64,000 bases of DNA from the human T2T-CHM13v2.0 reference genome, Homo sapiens, in assembly GCF_009914755.1 (NCBI RefSeq), contig NC_060928.1, one strand, 5' to 3'. Below are positions 31,822 to 45,417 of the stretch, piece after piece. Position 1 is the stretch's first letter. Every line of letters begins with the position of its first letter. Below the pieces are notes generated by a model. It saw only the letters and a list, made by a program, of their open reading frames with translations. It was not told where the DNA came from and searched no databases. A program made the position numbers and the translations under genes.

Positions 31822-32264
31822 ATCTGTCTCACCCATCACCAGATTCACAGCTGAGGAACCTATAACAAAAGACAGGCTAACAAGAGAAAAGCATACAAAT
31901 ATATTTAAGTTGTATGTGACACAAGAGCCTTCAGAAATGAAGACCCAAAGAAACAGGAAAAACTATGTTTCTATGCTAAGTTTGATGAAGTGGATAGTTG
32001 AGAAGCAAAACTGGACAAAAGGGATAGGATTTAATGGTAATAAACTGTGGAGAATTTAGCAAGGCCTGTTTGTTCAGATTCTTCTGGACATCTCTGGGTC
32101 TTCAAAGTTCACATAAGGGTCATATGGCCTACTTCAAGGGAAGGTCAACTCTTTTATGGCCTGGGTCAGGGAAGAAGGGCAGGAGAAGTTCAAAGAATGA
32201 CCTTCTTGCTTCTGTTCTTTCCTCAAATATCAAGTTGTTAGGGTAGTGTGTCTTGAACCCCATC
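31822..32264 (-). mobile_element. ERV1 solo LTR (MER31/MER67-like)
   Basis: Ends gggtagtgtgtcttgaaccccatca (TGATGGGGTTCA... on minus). Internal aaagacaggctaacaagagaaaagcatacaaat is typical of this group (from memory). Confidence 0.6.
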
Positions 32265-33721
32265 AAATCATAGATCTAAACATAAAAGCTATAATCATAA
32301 AGCTTTTAGAGGCAAACATATGAGAATATCTCTGTGACTTAGGGAAAGGCAAAGTTTTGTGACACTGGTCACAGAAAGCCAGAAACATATATAAATTTCA
32401 TCAGAATTTAAAACTTCTACTCATCAAAAAGCTATTATTGAGACAATTAATAGGCAAGTCATCACATGAATAGGCAATTAACAGGCTAGTGCTCACCATG
32501 ATTAATCATCAGGGAAATGCAAATTTAAAACATAATGGGTTATGACTACATAGCCACCACAATGGCCAAAATTAAAAGACTGACAATTCCAAATGTTGGT
32601 AAGCATAGAGCAACAAGAACTCTAACACCGTGTTGATGGGAGTGTAAGAGTTAGAAACATTTTGGGGAAAATATCTGGCAGTTCCTTACAGATCTTAACC
32701 TATATTCCTACCCTTATAACCCAGCAATCCAATCCCAGGTATTTACTCATGAGAAATGAAAACATACATCCACTACAAGACATGTATAAGAACATTCATG
32801 GCAGCTTTACTCATTATATCCCCAAATTGGAAACAGCTCAGGTATATCCACCAATAGAACAGACAACTTGGTATATTCACACAATAAAATACCACTCAGT
32901 AATAAAAAGACATGAACTACTGATAAAAGCAACAACATGAATGAATCTCAAAAATATTATGCTGAGTGAAAAAAGCCTTTCACAAAAGAGTATACATATA
33001 CTGTATGATTCCATTAAGCAAATGAAATCTATGGTAGAAACATTAAAACTCTGGGGCAAGTGGGGCAGGGATTGAGTGAGAAGGAGCAAAAGGGAACTTT
33101 CTGGGGTGATGGTAATGTTCTAGAACTTCATTGAGGCTCAAGTTACATGGGTGTACGTGTGCGTTAAAATTCAGTGAATGTACACTTAAAATTTGTGTAT
33201 TTTCCTGCATGTAAATTTTGCATCAAATGAAAGCAAATTGTAAATATATATTTATCTCTGATTGATACCCATGTTGAAGCATTTGAGAGAAATAAGGTAT
33301 TTGAAACGCCTCAAAAATTAGGTTGAGAGAGAAGCAGATGAGTGGATAGATTAAGAAAGCAAGCATAATAAACTGTTAAGGTAAAATTAGGTGGTGAGTA
33401 TACAGGGGCTCATTACAAAATTCTTTTAAGTATGATGTATATTTCAAAAATTTACAATAAAATATATATTATAATAGATATAGATATTATTATAATATTT
33501 ATAATAAAATTATTATTTGGGGAAATTCAGTGCATATACACTTAAGACTTGTGCATTTTATTGAATTTAAATTTCATAACAAAAGAAGAACTAAACAAAT
33601 ATTGAACTCTGGGTAATGACAGGTAACGCAGAAGAATTTAAAAGTGACTGCAATTTTTTTTGAAATATGTCAACATTTAAAAGGATAGTTAGATCAGTGC
33701 TCAAACAAGAACCATAAAATG

Positions 33722-34015
33722 TTTTTTTTGTGTTTTTTTTTTATTTGCTTTTTTTGACCCAGGCTGGAGTGCAGTGGCGCCATCTTGGCTCACTGCAAGC
33801 TCCGCCTCCGGGTTCACGCCATTCTCCTGCCTCAGCCTCCTGAGTAGCTGGGACTGCAGGCGCCCACCGTCACGCCCGGCTAATTTTTTGTATTTTTAGT
33901 AGAGACGGGGTTTCACCATGTAAGCCAGGATGGTCTTGATCTCCTGACCTCGTGATCCGCCCGCCTCGGCCCCCCAAAGTGCTGGGATTACAGGCGTGAG
34001 TCACTGCGCCTGGCC
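33722..34015 (-). mobile_element. AluY
   Basis: gcaagctccgcctccgggttcacgccattc and agccaggatggtcttgatctc; TSD ccataaaatgtt. Confidence 0.92.
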
Positions 34016-34553
34016 ATAAAATGTTAATGGTAGAATCTAGATGGTGGGTATATCTGTTTTTATTGTAAAATTCTTGTATTTTTGTTGTTTGAACATTTTC
34101 AAAATAAATTGTTGAGGAAAAAAAACTCAGTGAGGGTGTAGGGCCTCTATTACTAAATGAAGGAAGAAAAAATCGGTACTGGGACTAATTAACAGCCTGC
34201 CCCAGTGAATAATGTTTACCTACTGAGCGGTCCATTCTCACCCATTCCCTCCTATCCCACCTCTGTGAGTTCAATTCTATCCTCAAAGAGTCATTCCTTT
34301 AACTTAAGCTTTGACCCTTGTTGAAATTCAAATACAGTAGTTTGATAATTCCTTATTGCCTCCCTTGGATTATTTTCCTCCAGTCCCCTAGAACTCGGTC
34401 TTATTCTTTTCTCTCCCTAAGTGACCAGCAGTCACAATTAACATGCATCTGGCTCCCAAGCATTCACTTCCCTTGCTACAGTTGCACATGTCCACATGAT
34501 TCATAGATAGTTCCTTGGAACTATATCACTGCCACCTCAAAGCCAGTATTCCC

Positions 34554-34855
34554 TTTTTTTTTTCCTTTGGAAACAGGGTCTGGATCTGTTGCCCAGGCTG
34601 GAGTGCAGTGCTGTAATTATAGCTCACTGCAGCCTCAAACTCCTGGGCTTAAGCGATGCTCCTGCTCCAGCCTCCTGAGCAGCCAGGACAACAGGTGTGT
34701 GCCACTACATCCAGCTAATTATTTTATTTTTTGTAGAGATGGGCTCTTGCTATGATGCCCAGGCTGGCCTCCAACTCCTGGCCTCAAGTGACCCTCCCAT
34801 CTTGGCCTCCCAAAGTGCTGGGATTACAGGCATGACCCACAGTTCCTGGTCAAGG
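34554..34855 (-). mobile_element. AluJ
   Basis: Reverse Alu. Confidence 0.88.
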
Positions 34856-35299
34856 CCAATATTTTCAAAACCAAAACTCTCTTCCCTCCTAAACCCTCTA
34901 TATCTGTTATTAGTACCACCGTTATTCCTAGGATACAGATTTACCTCATTCATTCATTCAATAGTTATTGGGTTTTACTTTGAAATCCCTCTGCTAGAAG
35001 TAGATGGACAAAGTGGACATAATCCCTGCTCTTTCAAGGCTTACAGTTTATTACAGTCTAGTTGCTCCTTCCCTCCTTTATCCTTTCCATGTTTAATGAA
35101 TAAACAGTAATCATGTTATTGCCTGAGAGAAAGGAGAGGGCTCCAGGAGTCAGCAATTAATTATCACCCAGGTTACACTGGGCTATCCACCCATCACTCC
35201 TATGTGCATGGCCCTTCAGGCCCAGTGGTTTGGTTACTTCTGCATCCTGCTTAGGGCATTCTAATAGTTTCTGAAGCTGCCTATGTTTCATTCTGCTGT

Positions 35300-35417
35300 A
35301 TATCCCAGTCTGCCTGGGACGGTGCTAGTTCATGCTTATTGTTGCAGTGTAATTAATAGTGCCCCCTTTCTCTGTCAAATGTATCCTGGTTTGGCCAATA
35401 AATTTTGTGACCACCCA
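35300..35417. mobile_element. MER81-like (hAT-Blackjack) MITE
   Basis: tgtaattaatagtgccccctttc...tcctggtttggccaataaatt...gaccaccc. Confidence 0.6.
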
Positions 35418-35884
35418 CTCCTGAACCACACACAAACATTTCTAATCTGAGCACTTACTACTTATTCATGCAAGCCAGCGGGCCAGTGGAGCCCCTCTGT
35501 TTCCAGAAACTGGTAGATTTTAGGGTGTTAGGGAGCACTAGCTCTTCTCCTCTGTTCTTCTAAGAGGGATCATCTGTCCTAGGGAATTTCCTTTGCCTAA
35601 GAGTTTGGACTTTTAAACATAAAAGCCATAAAGGGTTGCAGCCTCCTCCTAGTTTCCCCATTCAGCCAGATCCCTTGCCCTAGATAGGGGGAGGAAAAGA
35701 ATTTAGAGAAAAGGCCTGACTTACGATCTCAAAATATCCAAGATTTAGAACCCAGTTATTCATATATATGCTCTCTTCTAATCACTAAAAGGTCTTAAAA
35801 GACATAAGTTTCCTATTTCCTTTCTAAAAACCTACACTCTTCTCTCCTCTTTCCCATTGTAAAAACGAAGCAAGAAAAAAAAAA

Positions 35885-36249
35885 TTCGCAAACTGGACAG
35901 CCCTCAGAATTACAGATTTGGAGCAACTCGAGCAATGCAACGTGGGCAGAGCAAATTTATGGACAGAAAAAGGAAGGTGACATATAGAAAACGGAAGTGA
36001 GGTACAGAAACAGCCAGACTGGTTACAGCTCAGCCTTTGCCTTATTTGGACACAATTTGAACAGTTGGCTGCCTGTGAGTGGACCCTATTCTTCTGCCTC
36101 AGGATTGGCTAAGACTCAGCTCTTATTACATACTCCTAAATCAGGTTCATAGTTTGTCTACCTACCAAGGTAGCTTACGGTTTATCCATAAGGACTCAAC
36201 TATGTGAGTACAGAGACTTTCTCAGGCCAGATTTTAGTTTGATTTAACA
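35885..36249 (-). mobile_element. ERV1 solo LTR (MER57-like)
   Basis: Ends ggccagattttagtttgatttaaca (TGTTAAATC... on minus); internal gaaaacggaagtgaggtacagaaacagc. Confidence 0.65.
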
Positions 36250-36535
36250 AGGGTAAGCTCATTAAATGCTTGTTGAAGTTACAAATATTAGCTATTTGCA
36301 CCTACTGTGCTTGAGTTACAGTTCTTTTCCTAAGTACCGTACAGGTCTAGACAAAAAGAAAGCAGCTAGGTATCTAAGAGATTAAAAAGACCTAGATGAG
36401 AGAATGTACAATTCCACAGGGCAGCAAAAATAAACTTTACTTGGTTTACATTTGCCCAACTGCATATGGCCCCATCTCTTTAGCTTTCACACTGTATATA
36501 ATTCTGTACAAGGATAGAACCAAGTTTTCCCCTTT

Positions 36536-36639
36536 TTGTTCACTCATTGCCTCTCATTGCATCATGAACAAATGCATTGCATCATGAACAATGCCTCTCA
36601 TTGTTCACTCATTTGTTCACTCATTGCATCATGAACAAT
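36536..36639. repeat. Complex patchwork of short duplicated modules
   Basis: ttgttcactcatt x3, gcatcatgaacaa x3 and gcctctcatt x2, in shuffled order. Confidence 0.9.
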
Positions 36640-36789
36640 AGTGCCTGAGATGCTTACTTCAGAATTGAGACAGGCAATTGGGCCAAAACCTGTTGAACCT
36701 CAGTGAATATAAAACATGAGTGGCAGAAAAGAGCAAAGGAAGGGAGGAAGGAAGGAGGGAAGGAGGGAAGGAAGAAAGACAAAAGAAAG

Positions 36790-37705
36790 AGCATCCAAAT
36801 AGAAAGAAGTCATATTATCCTTATTTGCTGGTGATAAAGTCTTATATTTGGAAAAACCTAAAGACTCCACCAAAAAACTATTAGAGCTGATAAATTCAGT
36901 CAAGTTGAAGGATACAAAATCTACACAAATCAGTAGCATTTCCATATGTCAACACTGAACTATCTGAAAAAGAAATCAAGAAAGTAATCTCACAATAGGT
37001 ACACATAAAATAGGAATTAATCAAAAAATGAAACATCTCTATGATGAAAACTATAAATCACTGATGCAAGAAATTGAAGAGGACACAAAAACATTGAAAG
37101 ACATTCCATGTTCATGGACTAGATCAATATTGTTAAAATGTCCATACTACCCAAAGCACTCTAGAGAGTCACTGCAATCTCTATAAAAATACCATTGACA
37201 TTCTTCATAGAAATAGAAAAAAAAAATTCTAAAATGTATATGCAACCACAAAAGATCCAAAAGAGCCAAAGCTATTCTGAACAAAAAGAATGAAACTGGA
37301 GGAACATTACCTGACTTCAAATTGTGCTACACAGTTATTATAACCAAAACAGCACAGTATTGGCATGAAAACAGACCCATAGACCAATGGAGCAGAACGG
37401 AGAACCCAGAAATAAATTCATACATCTACAGTGAATTCATTTTCAACAAAGGTGCCAAGAACATACATTGGGGAAAGGACAATCTCTTCAATAAATGGTG
37501 CTGGGGAAACTGGATATCCATATGTAGAAGAATGAAACTAGACCCCATGTCACTATATACAAAAATCAAATCAAAATGGATTAAATAGTTAAATCTAAGA
37601 CCTCGAACTATGAAACTACTACAAGAAAACAATGGGAAAACGCTCCAGGACATTGGACTGGGCAAAGGTTTCTTGAGTAATATCCCTCAAGCACAGGCAA
37701 CCAAA
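36790..37705 (+). mobile_element. L1MA ORF2 fragment
   Basis: Peptide [51 protein letters not shown]. Confidence 0.88.
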
Positions 37706-38299
37706 ACATGAGCGGGACTTTTAGGGTGCACTAGTCTCAACACCTGAGAAGCAAAACTATGAAAATAAAAGCAAAAATTCCCCCGACCCAACCCTCCTGG
37801 TCTCCTAGTCATTCTTCAAGTTCTGAGTCAATTTATGCCTATGATTTTAAAACACAGGTTTTGTAGCCAGACGGACTACATTCAGACCCAGATTCACTAT
37901 TATCCTTTGCCTTAGTTTGATAATCTGTAAAATGGGGCTAATCTCTCTCGAGGCTATGCTGAGGATCAGATGACTGCCAAATATAAAGTATTTATATGGT
38001 GCACCGTATAAATACTTTGCACCAACCTTATATATCTTAAGCACCTCGTCAATGGGTGCTGTCATCATATTTGCCAAGAGTTATCCCAGGTGGGAGTGAT
38101 AGAGCAGTGAACAAAACAGACACAGCCGCTGGCCTCCTCCAGGTGCACACAGCCTTCCAAAAATAATATTAATTAAATAAAGCATTGTAACAACACTGAC
38201 TTAAACTCCTCTGGTCGGGACTGCCCTGTGACTATGTCTGGAATATGTCTAAATTAGCACCCACAACTGTTTTATAAGTCTTCAAAGCCTGTCTCCTCC

Positions 38300-39150
38300 C
38301 AGGCCTTGAACCCCTGGGCACAGAGACCAGCGGCTGATCCCTACCTTTGGGCGCTCGCCCCTGCACTGTGCCTGGCCCTCAGCAGGCCCTACCGACTGTC
38401 CTTGCTGACAACAGGAGGAGGGCTGTTGGCGGCACTGACAAATCAAGCGGGTGTCGGACCTCAGCGCCTAGAGGGAGTGCTCTGTCTCCCTCCTTTCCGC
38501 CCGGTCTCAGTCTCCCGCCCGGATTCCCTCCCACCGGCAGTAGCCAACAGCCTGTCCCAGCCTTGACCCCATCCATTCTCTCAGCTTACTCTCAGGGTCC
38601 GAAACGTGAAAAGGCCAGCAGCTTAGCAAGGTCTCCGACCTCTGTTCCACTCGCCCTCGCCCTCCTTGCTGCTGCGCCTAAAAGCAATCCCAGGCCCACC
38701 GCGCCCGCCCACGCTGGCTTCCCCCAGACACCCCCGGCTGCGATTCCCCTACCAGACTTGGCAGTTCCCCAGGGTGTTCGCATTAGCGCCAAGGGGAAAC
38801 ATTCGTTGTTAATTACGTTGCTTCTTAATGATGAGCGTCTGCCGGGCGGCTCCTCTCAGAAGAAAGGCAAAGTGTTCGGAATCGCAACATTTCTGGCCCT
38901 GAGCTCTGGAAGGATCGAGCTCCGCTACGGGCCCAGGGCTGAGAAAACGCGCGACCCCGGGGGTCCGTCCACCTCTTCAGGGAACCCACACATTCCACAG
39001 ATCTCTGTGAAACAGAAAAAGTGTTCCTTCTGAAGACCAAGGGCGTCCCTACAAGATAGATTCTGTCCTCTTCCCTTTGGCTTCTTGGTGAGGGCGACCC
39101 TCTCTGCTGAGAGCGCTTCCCTCCAGCTCGCCACGGAGGACGCTGTGTAG
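38300..39150. promoter_or_regulatory. CpG-rich, GC-box-containing promoter-like region
   Basis: Sharp local rise in CpG density in non-repeat DNA; CCGCCC boxes near 38497, 38515 and 38704. Confidence 0.6.
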
Positions 39151-42100
39151 CAAAGAAAGGTCCCTCTTCACTTGTGTGAGTTTGCTAACAGTGCACGCAA
39201 GGCTTCTCGGGTGAAAGAGGCCTGAGCCACTTCTTTTGAAGCCCTAAATGTATTTTTTAAATGAAGACATGCCAAACAGCTACAAAAAGTTGTAATTGTG
39301 CTGTATTTTAAAGCTCCGCCTTGATTACCAGTGTTGTTTACACGCATGCAACTGTAATGACTGCCTGCATGAGCTCATCTGGAGATAAGGCCTAAAGGCC
39401 GTATGTGAGGCCCCTGATGGACATGAGGCCAGGATCAAATAGCTCTTCTCCTCTCCCCTCTGAGACGAGCTCTGTGACTGCAAATACACAGGGAGGGGAG
39501 GGGAAGTGGCCTGAGAGAGGCGGCGGGAGGAGAATTAACCCTACAACAGAGACAGTGAGGTTTAAAAAAAATAAGTGGACTTGAGAACTGGGTTCATATT
39601 GGGTGCCGGTGAGGATACTTCACCTCCTTCTTGCCTCATTACCCATCTGTAAGCTAAGGAATGTTGAAAGAGGCTTTGTTCTCCAACAAAGATAAAAACA
39701 GTTCTAAGGAGAAAAGAGGCCATGGGCCGGGAAGCAAGAATGCATTGCTAAGAGCACCCTGAAGATGTTTCTTTCCTCCTTCTTGCCTCCCTCCTCCTCC
39801 CTGAGATGGAATCAAAATGCTTTAACAGGCAGTTGACGAAGAACACGATTCATCCCAACCAAGTGGAGAGTTTTTGTGTTTGATATTTATTAAAATCTTG
39901 GAATTCCACACTTCATCCATTTTTCCCATGGCTTCCCTTCATGCATAAACAGCAAAAAGGATGCTGCTTGTTACATAAACTTGTCAGGCTGCAAAAGCCC
40001 AACATTCTATTTTCTCCCTAAGTGGGGTGCGGGAGGAAGCGTGTGTTTATTATGTATTACAAAGAGCTTTGCACTACCTAAAATCAAAGTAATTAGGTAG
40101 TGCGAGTCAAAAATAGTTTTGAAATGTTATAAATAAAGTGACAAAACACTTTTTTTAGATTTCTGAGAAATGCATTCCTGACAATATTGCTCCTGCTCTC
40201 TCTGCATTTGCTATTAGAAAAGAAAGGCCTTCTTTCTCAGTCTATCTTTGCACCATCACCTGGACACCCTCCGAGATGAGTCACAGGCAGAGGAAATTAT
40301 CGTGATTGCATATTGTTCAGTCTCTAAACTTCAGCTGCTTCCTGGGCAACCCAGTTGCCTGCAATTTAACCTGCCTGGATGGATGAGCTCATTAATGAGC
40401 CGCCCCACAGGCTTTCTCGATTGGCTCTTCTCCAGACCCTAGTTCTCTTTCTTCACCCAGTGGTCACTGGTTCACCAGCCTTCCTTGTGTGATGAAGTAA
40501 GTCCTCATCCCACTCTCACTGCGCTCCTCCCTCCTTCTGGAGGAGACCTTAGAAAGGGTGGCAGGAGCAGTCATTTCAAGCATCCAGTGGAGCCTGCACT
40601 TTTCACAAAGGCCACCCTTTCTCCAGGATGCTACCAACTTCTCAATGCCCTCCTCCCGGGTTCCTTGGGAGGGAGGGGAATCAAGTCAGCAATTCTTCTT
40701 TCTTCCTCCTTTCTTCGCCAAGAGGCTGCTTCCCCATCGTGGGTCAGCGCCAGCCTAGTAGGGAACCCTGAATTCCTCTCATCGTTTTCCCCCTTACAGA
40801 GAAGCAGAGTGGCCCCAGACGGTGGGAAGCCCTCCTAGGAGTCTCATTGAGGACTCTCACAGCTACCAGTTGGGGATTGGGGGTGAGGGGTGGGGACAGA
40901 TGGAAAGCCTTGGGTTTTAATGTTTATATAAGAAACAGCAATTCAGGCTCTCCCTCGCCCATGTGTCCTGTGGTGAGTGTGTCTCTAGGGAAAATCCTGG
41001 TATTTGCTTTCCAGTTTAAAAAAATTTAATTATCAAGATCCTGACTTTTTGTGCCTTGGCTTCCTGCTTTCTAAGAAAGCCAAAAGCACTTGGATTAAAT
41101 AAAATTAAGTCCAGACTTCCTTTTGTGGACCCCAAGAGAACACTGCTCCTCTCCTCTCGGCCAGGTCTCTTCGCAGTGTGCTCCACCCTATCTTTATCTC
41201 TTATTTTTTCCTTTTTGCTTCCCTTCCTGCCTTTCCAACCACCTTATTTAATTGGCTTCTGGGTCTTTTTTTTTTCTTTTTCCATTTTTGCCACTCTTGA
41301 ACCCAATTTTATCCTTGACGCTATTTCAATCAGCTTCAGCCAGGAGCTAGTAGTGAAGAAAATCTTGGCCAAAATTGAGAAGTGCTGCTTGTTTTTAACC
41401 TAACCTCTATCAGAGTCTTCTAGCGGTCAAGAGCACCTCAAGCCACTTCTTTTTACAGAGGATCCCGGAACCGCTTTTTTAAAAAAATTTTGATAAATGC
41501 CAAAAAGTCACACAAACTGTAGAATATCTTAGGTGTTTACACTAAAAAATTGTCCCTTAACACACACTCACAAAACAATGTAACTAAAGATGTCATGTAA
41601 GTCTAAATATGAAGCTCCTTGTGAATTTGGGACCCCAGTCAAAACCTCTGATGTCCATTTCCCCCTGAAGAACCTTGTGGCCCACATATTGCTCTTCTTA
41701 TCTTGGCTCAACTAGCTACTGGGGAATTTGAGCAGCAGGGCAGTACTGATTCCTCTGTTGCCAGTCCTCTCCCCTGCCTGGGCAGTCTGAGACGCCCTCT
41801 CCCCCAGTAGGGCACTCAGGTGAAAACGGTGGCTTTCTGCCTTCAGGTGTCCACCGATGACCAGATGGTGATTGTTAATAACGTTATTCTTTTAAAACCA
41901 TGACTGGTTTTCCAACCCCACACACGAGGGTGTTTTTAAATTAATTGATTTTTAACTCTGTTTTTAAATGAATAAAAGTGTTTTAGAATTAGCATCATTT
42001 GAAAGAACAGCAGATCCAATTGTTGGAACTGAGTGATAGGTACTCAGGAATCACTGTGCTGGACTCTCTACTTTCATGTATGTTAGACATTTCCATAACA

Positions 42101-42174
42101 AAAATAAAATATAAGTAAGATGCTCTTGAATCTAAATTTACTCTAAATACTAGTATTAAGAATAAAATGTTCTG

Positions 42175-42470
<296 letters not shown>

Positions 42471-42626
42471 AAATGTTCTGAATTAATTTCTCTTTGTAAG
42501 TTGAGAGAAAAACCTTTACCACTATTTCCTAAATAAAACTTTTGTCTGGCTTTCTGGGGGTATGTTTGTGTGTGTGTTTGAGGTTTGTTTAGCACAATCT
42601 GAGATATAGGATCCAGATGATGATGA

Positions 42627-42875
42627 TTTTGAGACAGTGTCTCGCTCTGCTGCCCAAGGTGGAATGCAGCGGCATAATCACGGCTCATTGCAGCCTCAGC
42701 CTCCTGGGTAGCTGAGACCACAGTTTTGTGCCACCATGCCTGGCTAATTTTTTTTTTTTTTTTTTGAGACAGGGTCTCCATATGTTGGCCAGGCTGGTCT
42801 CAAACTCCAGGACTCAAGCAATCCTCCTGCCTCAGCTTCCCCAAGTGCTACAGGCATGAGACACCATGCTGGGCT
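42627..42875 (-). mobile_element. AluJ
   Basis: Reverse Alu with small deletions. Confidence 0.85.
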
Positions 42876-43344
42876 AGCGAGACCCATTTTATTATTAAAC
42901 TATGTTTTTTTAATGTTAAAAATATTATAATTGTTTTAAAGAAGTTGACTTCATTGAAAAACATTTATTAAGACTTACTAAATGTGAAGCTGTAACAAAT
43001 AAGATGTAAGAAAAATAATTATAGACTTACTGGTACATTTGGAGTAGCACTGTTAAGTAGCAAGAAAAGCTCAGGAGAGCAGACTCCAATCAGAGGAAGA
43101 GGCAATAGGAACGGTTTTTCAGAGAAGCTGGCCTTTAAGCTACGCCTTGAAGGATAAGAGAAATTTCACCAGACTAGACAAGTAGGAGGAGGTGGAGTTA
43201 TTCCAAGGAGGAATGGTGAGAGTTCAGGCCCCAAGATAAGTGTCTAGCATATTTGAAGTTTGCTAAGCACAGCTGTGTGTACGTGCAGGATGTGCATTTG
43301 CCTGGGAGAATGCTGGGGGCAGTGGAAAGACCAAGATGAAGGCA

Positions 43345-43683
43345 AAGTTCTGAATGTGTCTCCCCAAATTCCTATGTTGAAACAATCCCCAATGTGAGAC
43401 TATTAACAGGCAGCCTTTTGGGAAGTCAGGCTCAGTTCTCATGAATGGGATGAGTGCCTTTATAAAAGAAGCTGAAGGCAGCTCATTTACCCCTTCCACC
43501 ATGTGAGGATGTAGCAACCAGGCACTATCTATAAGGCAGAGAACAAACCCTTACCAGTCACCAAATCTGCTTCCACCTTGATCTTGGACTTTCCAGCCCT
43601 CAGAACTGTGAGCTATAAATTTCTGTTTATCAGTTACCCAGTCTACAGTGTTTTTGTTATAGCAGCACAAACAGACTAATACA
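43345..43683 (+). mobile_element. MLT1A-like MaLR LTR
   Basis: ccttgatcttggactttccagcc...agaactgtgag...taaatttctg...ttgttatagcagcacaaacagactaataca. Confidence 0.8.
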
Positions 43684-43684
43684 C

Positions 43685-44059
43685 TGTATTAATCTGTTTT
43701 CACACTGCTATAATGAAATACCTGAGACTGGGTAATTTATAAAGGAAAGAGGTTTGATTGACTCACAGTTAATGAGTCAGGCCTCCGCATAGCTGGGGAG
43801 GCCTCAGGAAACTTACAAACATGGCAGAAGGCAAAGGAGAAGCAAGTACCTTTTTCACAAGGCAGCAGGAAGGAGAGAAGAGCAGGGGAAACCAGCACTT
43901 ATAAAACCCTCAGATCTCATCAGAACTCACTATCAGGAGAACAGCATGGGGGAAACTGCCTCCATGATCTCATCACTTCCCACTAGGTCCCTCCCTTGAC
44001 ACGTGGGGATTACAATTCAAGATGAGATTTGGGTGGGGACATAGAGCCAAACCATATCA
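43685..44059 (-). mobile_element. THE1 (C/D-like) MaLR LTR
   Basis: tgtattaatctgttttcacactgctata...gagatttgggtggggacatagagccaaaccatatca. Confidence 0.85.
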
Positions 44060-44839
44060 GATACCATGCTAAGAAGTTGAAGCTTTACCTTTTAGGCCAG
44101 TAAGTCTGGGGTGGGGCCCAGGAATCTGCATTTATCAAGTTCTTTAGGTGATTTTTATGCAGGTGGTCTGGAGATCTCGCTGTAATAAATACTGTTTAGA
44201 GGGGCTCTGTTATAGATAAATGAAATTTATAGAAAGTGACAGAAGACACATTTTTATAAAATGGTAGGCATGGTATTAAGTGTGAAGCACCAAAAAGACA
44301 TAAAACTTGAACCCAGTCCTCAACACATAATTAAAGTAGGCTGATAAGATTTACTGCAGCCACTAGGTATGGTTGTGCAGGCTGTGCACTGCACCACAAT
44401 GCCATCTGAGAAGGTACTGTTCACATTTTAGGCATCATAGATTTGTGTATTTGTTACAGTTTTTGGCAGATAAGTCCAATGTCTTATTCTAATAAAAAGA
44501 GGATACTACAGCAATTTTTCAACAGATGGAAATAAAGTGTCTTGAGGAAGGTAGTGGTATATTGTTATATTAATGGCTCCAGTGAATCACATTTCCTGGT
44601 ATCGACACCCTTCTTTGGTCCTCTGCTATATTAACTCTGAGCCATTGGGAAATCAGCAAATGTGACACGGCAGACTTTGCAGAATTCCCAATGATCAAAG
44701 CCAAGTTCTCCGTGATTTTTCTGGACTTTCCCTTATCATCAAAGGATGGCTGCTGCTGATCCAAACAGCTATAGGCATCACATCTGCATTCAAAGTAGGT
44801 AGAAAAGGAGCAGTGTAGGCAATGCCAACCAGAGTGTCT

Positions 44840-45165
<326 letters not shown>

Positions 45166-45417
45166 TAGAAAAGCAAATTTTTTTCCAGCAACATTCCAGC
45201 AGACTTTCATTTATATCTCATTGATCTTCATCATTTGGCCATTGTTAGCTGCAAGGGAGTCTGGAAAATGGAATATTAACTTTTCCAAGCCTCTGTAGTA
45301 AAACATGACAAGGAAATGGGAGTTTAGGAAAGGATATTGGGTTGACTAAACAGCAGTGCCTGCTGTGGAACTTTTAATCATGCATCCCATACATAGCCAC
45401 GCTCCTATTAATACCAC

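Noticed and set aside
38347-39033. 228-aa ORF
   Set aside because: TTG start, low-complexity Pro/Ala/Ser content; expected by chance in GC-rich DNA.
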